Made by a program: the position numbers and the translations under genes. A stretch of 64,000 bases of DNA from Sphyrna mokarran (Eukaryota), in contig JAGIQG010000017.1 of assembly GCA_024679065.1 (NCBI GenBank), forward strand, positions 32,178,001 to 32,242,000, written 5' to 3'. Below are positions 12,640-22,300 of this stretch, in pieces; the first letter of the stretch is position 1; each line of letters opens with the position of its first letter. The notes under the pieces were generated by a model. The model saw only the letters and a list, made by a program, of their open reading frames with translations. It searched no databases and was not told the origin of the DNA.

Positions 12640-13103
12640 GAGTCATAGAGCAATATGGCATAGGAAAAGGCCCTTCAGCTCAATTGGCCCATGATGCCCT
12701 CCCAAATAGTCCCAAGTGCTCATGTTTTGCCCATATCCTTTTAATTCTTTCCAATCCATATACTTACTAAATGCATTTTTAATGTAGTTATTGAACATGC
12801 CTCAACCACTTTCTTTGGCAGCTCATTCCATATACACACCACCCTCTGTGTGAAGAAGTTTCCCCTCAGGTCCCTTTTAAATCCTTCTCCTCTCACCTTA
12901 AACCAATGCCATCTAGTTTTCAATTCCCCTATCCTGGAAGAAGATTGTGTATGCTCATCCTATTTATATCCCTGATGACTTTATACACTTCATTCTTCTA
13001 TATTCCAAGGAATAAAACCCTAGTCTGACCATCCACTGTCTATAACTCAGGCCCACTAGTCCTAGCAACAATCCTCCTAAATTTATTTTGCGCTCTTTCC
13101 GCT
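12640..13103 (-). mobile_element. CR1 3' fragment
   Basis: ORF 12741-12923(-) KTRWHWFKVRGEGFKRDLRGNFFTQRVVCIWNELP, with the tail at 12640. Confidence 0.88.
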
Positions 13104-13334
13104 TGTGTGATTTGTTTTGGTAATGTAAGGAAAAGCTTGCCATTGATTAGTTAGTTAGCCAGTTAGGCTAATTGTGCATCTTCAGGGATGATGGAATGCA
13201 CCCAGAATGTATGTCACTTTTGTATTGAGCATCCTCTGTTGCAGTTTGGAAGCCAATTTGTGAGTGACAGACTCTTCAGCAGGTGGCGCAGATAAATAAT
13301 ATTGGCCCAAGGTCGACCGACGCTTTTTGCACCC

Positions 13335-14077
13335 CAACACCACACAATTCTGCCACAGCAACCTCTGCAAGATGTGCCAGATCAACGACACAGTTGCCAT
13401 CATCTCGCATGAGAATGCCATCCACCAGGTACACAGTACAAACTCTTGAGACTCGGCCAATGTTGTCTACCTGATACATTGCAGTAAAGCATGCCCCAAG
13501 GACATTGGGGAGACCATGCAGATGCTACAGCAACAGATAAGTGAACATTGTTTGACAATCACTAGGCAGGCGTGTTCTCTTCCTATCAGGGAACACTTCA
13601 GCATTCAGCCTCTGATCTCCAGGTAAGCGTTATCCAAGGCAGCCTTCACAAAATGCAGAATTGTTGAGCAGAAACTGATATCCAAATTCCGCACACATGA
13701 GGATGGCCTCAACCAGGATCTTAGGTTCATGTCATGCTATCAGTAACCACCACAACTTGCCTGGGTTTGCAAAATCTCAAACTGGCTGAAGACAATACAT
13801 ACTTCTTTAACCTGTGCTTAATCATCTCTACACTCACATTATCTGTACCTTTAAGACTTGATTACCGGTAGACTCGCATTCCAACCACTATTTTGTAAAT
13901 TGAGTTTGTATCTATATATGCCGTATTTGTGAACACAACTCCTTACTGACCTGAAGAAGGAGCGATGCTCTGAAAGCTTGTGCTACCAAACCTGTTGGAC
14001 TTTAACCTGATGGACTTTAACCTGATGTTAGACTTCCTACTGTGCTTACCCCAGTCCAACGTCAGCATCTCCACATC
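13335..14077 (+). mobile_element. Penelope-like element: GIY-YIG endonuclease remnant + 3' repeat with hammerhead
   Basis: CHSNLCKMC zinc motif; NVVYLIHCSKACPKDIGETMQMLQQQISEH (13459-13548); LISKFRTHEDGLNQDL; a 15-bp tandem duplication tggactttaacctga in the tail. Confidence 0.88.
13948..13982 (+). ncRNA. Minimal hammerhead ribozyme motif of a Penelope repeat
   Basis: CTGAAGA (13951-57), stem II GGAGC-GAT-GCTCT, GAAA (13972-75), then palindromic AAGCTT. Helix I is imperfect. Confidence 0.65.
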
Positions 14078-14159
14078 AAGAGAATAAGTCACAAACGACA
14101 TCCTGTTAATCTTGATATTCCCCTTCACTGAAAATTGACATATTAAAAAAATCTGAGCA

Positions 14160-14900
14160 AGACAGCAGCAAAGATTAAAACATTAAACAGCCTCTTGAGC
14201 AGACTTGGTGACTCTTCATGGGTGCTCAAACTTTAAGGAACTCAGCTCTTACCATTATCTTATAACTCTGCATTGATTGTAGAGTACTGTGCATCAGTAT
14301 GGTCCAACTCATCCCATATCAGGCTTGTAGATACTAGCTCAAAATAGCAATGCATTATCATCTCAAGTACTTTCCAATCAACTCAAATCCACTGACTCCC
14401 AGTCCTGAGCAACTTCTTGCCCCCTCACATAAGGATAAAGGTTGCAACAAGAAAGGTCCTGGAGAAGATTTACATCAACTCAAGCCTGCTACTACACGAC
14501 AATTTTACCAGTTCACCTGCTGCTCGCCTGCCTCCACGCTAGTCTTTATGATTAAGACCACCATGCCAAGGGAAAACAGCAGAGGCTCTGTGCAGCAGGA
14601 ACAGAACCAACATGTCATCAATAGAAATCACTTCTTCGTCACAGATCCCACAGTCAGCTTCAACCTACAACTGACTCTCCGTCTGGCACGTCTCAGCTGT
14701 TTCTGCGCTAATATTGTGCAACAAATTGGTCCCATTGCTGGGAACCCTAACTGCAGCAGTGGTCTACCATGGTCAGTGACTCACACCATTGAAGACTGCC
14801 CTCTCACAAAATTCATCAGAGAGCTCCGAGAATTATGTTTAGCAATTATGGAAGCCTTATTGTCTAAGTTGATAATCTATGTACATGCGGAAAAGAAAAA
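14160..14900 (+). mobile_element. Vingi/Ingi-like (I-group) LINE 3' fragment
   Basis: TAAKIKTLNSLLSRLGDSSWGAQTLRNSAL..VEYCASVWSNSSHIRLVD, a decayed C-terminal knuckle NPNCSSG..THTIEDCPLTKF, and an A-rich gaaaagaaaaa tail. Confidence 0.7.
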
Positions 14901-14949
14901 CTAGGCAACAAGTTGACTGCACTCCCACTAACTGCTGCATTCTATGTAT

Positions 14950-15110
14950 AGTAAGAAGTCTCACAACACCAGGTTAAATTCCTGATGAATCACCTGATGA
15001 ACGAGCAGTGCTCCAAAAGCTCATGGTACCAAATAAACCTGTTGGACTTTAACTTGGTATTGAGAGACTTATTACTGTCCCCACTCCAGTTGAACACTAA
15101 TATCTCCATA
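14950..15110 (+). mobile_element. Penelope 3' repeat with inverted arm and decayed hammerhead
   Basis: Homologous to 13948-14077. Segment 14950-14978 is the imperfect reverse complement of 15048-15076. The core reads CTGATGA-ACGAGC-AGT-GCTCC-AAAA-GCTC. Confidence 0.8.
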
Positions 15111-16053
15111 GCATTCTATGTATGCGAAACAGGAAACATCATTGTTACCATCTGTATGATCGTGATGTTACCTGTTGTATTTTACTATTATTAACTTGGA
15201 ACTGGGAGAATACTGTCCTTTTGATTTCCTGTGATGTAATGTAGCATAATTCGAACTAATGCTTCAATGTAGAAACGTTACAGCAGTTTTTATACATTTA
15301 GCCAACCTTTCCAGGCCAGTATTTCCTAATAAATGCCTACCTAGAAACAGATTCATTCCATGTGTTTGTATCTTTCAGAATTAATCAGTGCTGTAAAATT
15401 TCAGAATATAAACTCTTGCGTTACCACTACATTTGGCAGTTATATATTTCTCAGTTTTAACAAGCCCTTTAAATATGAGCTCTAAACAATACTTTACTAA
15501 TGTTCTTTACATGATTTATGATTTTGTTTTCCCCGTAAAATATTTCTACTGAAAGGTGTGTTTCAGTAAGTGCTTCAGTTTGTCAATTCATTCTACTTGC
15601 CAATAGGACAATATGCTAAGCAGAAGTGCTATGAAAGTTATATATAAAAGTGTTAACTTTGATTCTTGTTAGTTAAGTGGCAAAAATATTATAGTTGCAT
15701 TTCTTTTGTATACATAATTAATTAGCGCAGTGAATGTAGAAATTTATCAGTGGGATGATGGAACAGAGATATATGTTGTGACTGCAGGAAATAACTAGAT
15801 GTTCATGGAAAATTAAAAATAAAATCTGCATGTTTAGCAGAGAAACATCGAAACTTTTAAATATGTGTTTGCTGCAATGAATGCCACAGTGCCTCACTGT
15901 ATTTTAAACATAGTCTGTTATGTACTTAGTGCACTGTACAAAATTCCCTTGTTTATGTGATAAACAATACACGTACTTAACCTGGTATTTTCTACGCCAA
16001 ATTATTTCAGAACATTTAGCACAATTAATTGCTTTCTAAATTGCAGGTGATGG

Positions 16054-16275
16054 TAGAACATAGAATAGAACATAGAGCATTACAGCGCAGTATAGGCCCT
16101 TCGGCCCTCGATGTTGCGCCGACCAATGTAACCAATTTTATGACCCTCTATCCTAAACTATTCCAATGCTATCCACATGCCTATCCATGCCCATTTGAAT
16201 GCCCTTAAACTTGACGAGTCCACAATTGCTGCAGGCAGGGCGTTCCACGCCCTTACTACCCTCTGAGTAAAGAAG
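16054..16275 (-). mobile_element. Relatively young CR1 3' end
   Basis: tagaacatagaatagaacatag tail, then ggcccttcggccctcgatgttgcgccgacc with CpGs retained. Confidence 0.88.
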
Positions 16276-17117
16276 TATTTTATGAGCATGGTATTTAATG
16301 AGCAATGGAATATAAGAGGAAAAATAAGAACAGGATTTGGCTAAGTTATTTGAGCTGTTTTGACATTAATTTAGATCTTTGTTGATCTATACTTCAGCTC
16401 CCTTTTTTGACTTTTCTCTAAATCATCTCACACTTTTATGAATATTGTTAAATCTTAATTGTAGTGCAACACCATTGTTGTATTCTGCTCTTACACTTCG
16501 TAGCGATTCTGTTCCACCTTTATGGTTTCATTCTCTATCGTTTTCCAAATTCGTTGACATCAAAAGTAGGCGTCAAATTTTTTGTATATTTATAGTCAAA
16601 GACACACGTTATTGGGACATAAAGCAAATATCTGGCTCAAGTATTCAATGTAATTTAGGTACAGGCAAGTCATATACATCGTTGTATCTTGCCTAATTTC
16701 CCTTGCTCTTCTGAACCATCTATGAATCTCTCTATCCCAACATATTTTCACTCATTACAATTTTCTTGTTTCTCAAATAAATTTGATATTTGGCCATTGT
16801 AGAAGTTTTGCTGTGTTTCCTATGTTGATATCCTTTGCACCAGAAAGAAGAAGTAAATATTTCGCAGTCTCTGCCTTGAAGTACTAAATAATTTATCCCA
16901 GCCAAACAATCTCCTGTAATAATGCTTACACAGCATGTCTTTTGGGCACTGTCAGCAGAATTCTTAAATGACTGTTGCTCAATTATCAGATTACAGTGAG
17001 ATACTGACTTGCTTTCAACTATGATTTCTCCAAAGGATCTGGACAATCTAAAGCAGCAAATTTCTTGTTCCCAGACACGTGACTGTCATGTTAACACTGA
17101 AGGAACACTTAAAAGTA

Positions 17118-17737
17118 CAGTGAAACCTTGACTTACGAGTCACTCAACTTACGAATTTTCCAAGATACGAGCCGCCGTTCGGTCGATTTTTTGCTTTATG
17201 ATGCGAGCCGAGATCTGAGTTACGAGCGAGCGAGCTTACGCCACCCGCCACTAGGTAGCCCAGCGAGCGTTCAGTTCACGTGCGCGAATGCGAGTGGTGA
17301 CTGCAAGATTAAGCCACTACTTGTATATCACTTTGAAAACCCCAGAGCCTTTAAGTCTCATAAGATACTTAAAGAAAAATTAAATTTGGCAATAAATAGA
17401 GCACAAAATGAAAAACTCCCCCAACCTCCTCCGCCAATCTCCTCCACCTCCGCCAGCATCTTCGTCTGATCTTCAAGGTAAATACACTTAATAAAACCAT
17501 TATTTCTTTACATTCTCTTTTATTATGTATTTTTTTATACATTATTTGTTATTTATAAAGTACATTTTTCTTATTTAAAAACACGTAACAAAAAAAATGG
17601 TGTGGTTTTTGGGGGGCTGGAATGGATTAATAGCATTTCAATTCATTTTAATGGGGAAATTTAATTTGATATACGAGCAAATTGAGTTACGAGCTCGGTC
17701 ACAGAACGAATTAAGCTCATAAGTGAAGGTATTACTG
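17118..17737 (+). mobile_element. Non-autonomous Tigger/pogo (Tc1-mariner) element, 620 bp
   Basis: TIRs cagtgaaaccttgacttacgag / ctcataagtgaaggtattactg with a TA TSD on both sides. It carries an internal transposase fragment CANASGDCKIKPLLVYHFENPRAFKSHKILKEKL. Confidence 0.92.
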
Positions 17738-17748
17738 TATTCAGTTTT

Positions 17749-18105
17749 AGAATCATAAAAATTTACATAATAAAATGGCCATTGGATCAAGAAAGAGTTA
17801 CCCAATCTAATCCCACTTCCAACTCTTGTAGGCTATGGAATTTGTAAAAGCCTTCCTCCATTCTTTTCTAATCTTTCTATTGAACTTGTTGCTAAGTGAA
17901 GCAGGGCCTTCTTACCCACTCTTCATCAAATTTTATAATTATGTGCATTCCAATTAAATCGCTCCTCAGTTTTGTCTGTCTCAGTGAAAACAACCTGAGC
18001 AGACAGCTAATATCTTTCAGCCTCAGCGACATCTTTGTAAATCTCCTCTGTGCCCTCTTGTGTCATTACATCCTTTCTATAATGCAGTGACCAGAAGTGT
18101 ATAAT
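17749..18105 (-). mobile_element. Old CR1 3' fragment
   Basis: tagaatcataaaa tail; tcctttctataatgcagtgaccagaa encodes FWSLHYRK on the minus strand. Confidence 0.65.
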
Positions 18106-18457
18106 CTATAGTTACATTCATATTGAACAAATGTTTGTATGCATAGGGGTTGGTTCAATCCCAAATATGTTTCTGTTTAGCTTAGAGAGGACTACAGTGT
18201 GAAGAGTAAATAGAGCAAGTGCGTGAGTAAAGGTTACAAAGAACAACACAAAGATACCTCATCAAAAATGAGTGTATTTTCTAAAGTTATCTCAGTTTTG
18301 TGGTGTATGAATCTTTCTGAACTCAGAAATATGGAAAATAAACTTTATAATTGTTTTTGGTGTCCGAATGCTTAAGTGATTTAACTAATTATGAATGTTT
18401 AAGCACTATGGTTTGTGGCAGTTGATTCCACTTATGGTACTTAAACAGTTTGATAAC

Positions 18458-18655
18458 CAAAATTATTGTTTGCACTCAAAACCAATATCAAATATTCACT
18501 AAATGATTACTGTTGAGTGAAACTGATATCAAATAATAGCTAAATCATTACTTTGAGTGCAATGCATGACAAGTGATAGCTAAATGATTGCTTTTGAGTA
18601 TCACCAGTATCAATTGAGTTCAAATGAATGTTGTTCAATGGAAACAATATCAGAC
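18458..18655. repeat. Degenerate minisatellite, ~41-bp period, ~5 units
   Basis: ctaaatgattactgttgagt at 18499, ctaaatcattactttgagt at 18540, ctaaatgattgcttttgagt at 18580, with weaker units at ~18458 and ~18621. Confidence 0.7.
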
Positions 18656-18659
18656 TTCT

Positions 18660-18905
18660 CAGGTAGGGACAGGTTTCCATCCTGTTTGTAGTAGGTCCTT
18701 CTCCTTTCTTACTTTATTCACTTGATCTTTTTGTATTTATAATTCATTCTGGGATTTTCTGTGGGCTTTTTCCAAATATTTTTTTTCATGCCCTCTATTT
18801 GCTTTCAAAATATCCATGTAGCCTCACCACTACATATAGTATACTCCTCTAGATTCTCTGCAGTATTTAACTCTTGGCACCTGGCAAAGGTTTCAGGCTT
18901 GTAAA
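18660..18905 (-). mobile_element. Old CR1 ORF2 fragment (tether region)
   Basis: The minus strand encodes ANRGHEKNIWKKPTENPRMNYKYKK, homologous to CR1 IKENPKAFFRYVK at 58035. Confidence 0.55.
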
Positions 18906-18990
18906 TCTCGGGATTCCAAATGTATGGATAAATATGAGTGCTGATACTTGCTGAGGTTAAGTTTGCCAAGATTTCATGCTGAATTTTACT

Positions 18991-19305
18991 CACCAAGGTT
19001 CGAAACAATTGCAGCAAGACTTTACTCCTTTATTCAAATCCCCTTGCAATAACTAGCACTGTACAATTTGCCTTCCTAATTTGCATTTTAACTTTGTGAA
19101 TTAAGAACAAGACACTCATGTCCCTTTGAACATCACTTCCCATTCTTTCACCATTTAAAAAATACACCGCATTTCTGGTTATCCTCCTCAACTGGATAAT
19201 TTCCTATCCATTCCTGAAAGTTCACTTAATCTACCTAAATCCCCTTGAAAGTTTCTGACAACTCGCATTCTGGTTGAGTGTCAAAAACAAATTTGGAAAT
19301 ATTAC
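18991..19305 (-). mobile_element. CR1 RT fragment (left half; host of the Gypsy insertion)
   Basis: The right end encodes NISKFVFDT (=ISKFADDT) on the minus strand. The element continues at ~24800. Confidence 0.7.
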
Positions 19306-22300
19306 TGTTATTAAAAACTATACTTACCCTATTGTGCTTTGAAGTTGGGAACTTCAACTTCTAACAGATCTTGGACTTTTTAAGTATGCACAAGCTGGGA
19401 ACAGGATGTGCTGTTCTGCAATTCGTAAGTTCTCTGTGCCCAGAAAAGGCTCAGTGCCTATGTGCTTACAGTAAGTGAAATAAAGGTACAAGAATCTGGG
19501 TAAGGAATGGAGTACCTTGAAAAATTTGGGTCCCAGGCAGGGCAGGAAGAGGAGACTGAGAAGCCCAAAAAAGGGGAAAGAGGACTGGGAGAAATTCCCA
19601 AAAGAAAGTCCCAAGTAGAATACAGAGATGGACAGAAGCAAGTTCCAATTAAAGTTGAGGAAAAAGAGAAGCAAAGAAACAAGATCCAAATAGGAAAAGG
19701 GCTGCTGGCCTTTGGTACAAGGGTACCACTCTAGGGCAGTGGTATTCTGCATGGCGCGGTCAAAGACCTGAAGTTTGTGTAATTTGGTGTTTGAGTACAT
19801 ATTTGGAAATTCAGGTGAACAAAATTGCAGGTGACAAAATTGAAACCCTTCGAGATAGACTATTGTTGGTGATGTCCAAGTTTACTAATTGAAGAGAGCT
19901 CACAAATAACCTTGAATATCCAAGAAGACAGATCAAGTTTGGTGACTACATGCTGCAAGTCATTGGAGCAGCAGTGTTCTGCTCATTGTGCCGAAGAGCT
20001 GAATTTTGTTTCTAATTTGGTGCTTTGGTGAGTACTCAGCAACATAAAGAAACAGGACCTCACAAGACAAGATTGAAACAGTGAAAGGTGGGCTGTTGTT
20101 GAAGCTGTCTGAGTTGGAGTGACTGTTGGAAAGAATTTCAAGGTGAGATCTTCAGAGGTGAAGATTTTAACCCCTTGTGAAAGCCATGGATTTCAGTGAG
20201 ATCGATTGACCCAGTCTTACCAGTGTTTGGATGAGTTGTTGAGAAACCTGTGGAATCTGTTTTAGTTGCATCTGTCAATTGTTGTGCAGTGTGGTGTATT
20301 CAACCACAGTTTTCCTGTTGATTCATACGTAATCCATATTAGCTTTGAATATTATATTGTAAATTGCTTTGTTGCTCTGACCTTGTATAGTAAAGTTCAT
20401 TTTTATTTGTTCAAAACAATTGGAATCTTGTGACTCTTTTTGCTAAGCAATTGTATTGAATCTAAGAGTTTGCCTAATTTAAACAAAACTTCAGTGGTCC
20501 CAGGCCGAATCTTACCAAAGACTTGGGGGTCTGGCCAAGGATCATAACATAAATTGGAAGAAGATCTTGTAGAATTCCAAATGCATGGATAAATATAAGT
20601 GCTGATATTTGCTGAGGTTAAGTTTGATAGGATTTCCATGTTGAATTTTACTATACCAATTGAAAATCAGAATTGCTTTGTTAATTGCTGTAACTTCTCT
20701 GAAGAGGGAAGATTTATCTTTGAATTATTTCAGCAACTAACCTTGGCTAGGCTAATTGCATAAATGTTGAGTTAGAGTTAAAAGCAGGAGCAATGAAAGC
20801 AGATGTAAATGAGGTAATAGCACAGCATCTAGCATTGGAAATCAGTTGCAGATAAAGCAATTTAAGATGGAAAAATACTGGAAGAGTTTAAACTGCAGAG
20901 AGAAAAGTCACTGAGGGAGGAAAGATGTAAAGAAAAAGAGCAAAAGCTCCCAAGAGAGAAAGAAATTAGATAGCTGGACTGGCTAGAGGAAAATTTAGGA
21001 TTACTGGATGAAAAGGAGCGGAGTAGTTCAGGTGAGGAAATGAGTCCTATTCCGAGCTTTGATATTACAAAGAGCCTTTGCTTATTGTGTAAATTCACGG
21101 AATATGGAGTTGAGGTATTTTACCTCATTTGAAAAGGTTGCTGCGAAACTAAAATAGCCAAAGGACACAAGAACTCTCATTTTCCAAAATGTTTTGGTTG
21201 GTCAGACTATGGCTGTGTATTCTTGCCTTTCAGAAGAAAGATTTTCCGATTATGAGGTAGTTAAACTGCTGTACTTAATGCTTACGAGCTAGTCTCTGCA
21301 GCATACCAATTGGAATTTTGAACTTCAAAAAAAAGATTGAGTAAGACATTTATAGTATTTTCTAAGGAGAAAGAAATGATGTGTTTTCAATCACAGAAGT
21401 CACAACAAACATTGGGAATTTGAGGGCGCAAACTTAAGAATTTCAAAATTAGCTATTAGATCATACCTGGAATACCGTAAGTTTTCTAGGATAGGAGAGG
21501 CAGTAGTTTTGGCTGATGGATATGAAAAATCATGTGGGCAAGTCGTGGGCAGTAGATCTCCAGTTTTAAATCCTTAGGGAAACTGGGGTAATAGAAAAGA
21601 GTCTAACGTTATGCAGAAGGCAGAAGCTTTTTCCAGTCAATAAAAATGATGATGTCGAGAATAAAAAGGATGCAAAGAAACTGGGTTTTTTTTGTCATAA
21701 GGTAGGGCAGCTCAAAGTCAATTGTTGGAAGCCTAATGATAAACTGGTCACAGTCCTATAAATGTTTAAAGAGCTTACATAAAAAAAGGGTGATAAACTC
21801 ATAGCAATAGTACAAGTGAAATGCGTTCCCTCAGACCTAGAAAGGAGGATATGACTCAGGGTAGTCCAGATAATTTTCCCTTGAAGTGAATCATGCCAAT
21901 GCAGGTTTTAGAAGTTTTATCTCAAAGGGAAAAATGTTTGCTCATGCTTGTGTCAAATAAAGTAAATAAATCAATATTTTGAAAAACATTCGGGCAGATA
22001 AGTCATTGATGGTGGTTGATGCAATTTGTATTCCACATAGTTTGATGAAGTGAACTTGTTCCCTTGTATAAAGTCAGTTTACAATGTGACTGAGTAAATG
22101 GAATTGTTACTGTGGAAATTGTTCCCAGTTTATCTATTGAAGGGGTAAATTTTTTTCTGGACACTGATTTGGCTATCATAGATACTTATCACCGTGTTAC
22201 TGTGATGCAGCCATTGTTCGATTCTGCTAATCTTGTCAAAATCCTAAAAATTATTATGGCCACTCATGAGAAGCATGTTGCCAATAATGAGCAATTAAAG

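Noticed and set aside
14350-14904. 184-aa ORF as a novel host gene
   Set aside because: It lies inside a LINE remnant and its C-terminus is the element's knuckle region.
18458-18655. CRISPR-like repeat/spacer appearance
   Set aside because: The repeats are degenerate, the apparent spacers resemble each other, no cas genes are present and the context is a vertebrate intron. It is a minisatellite.
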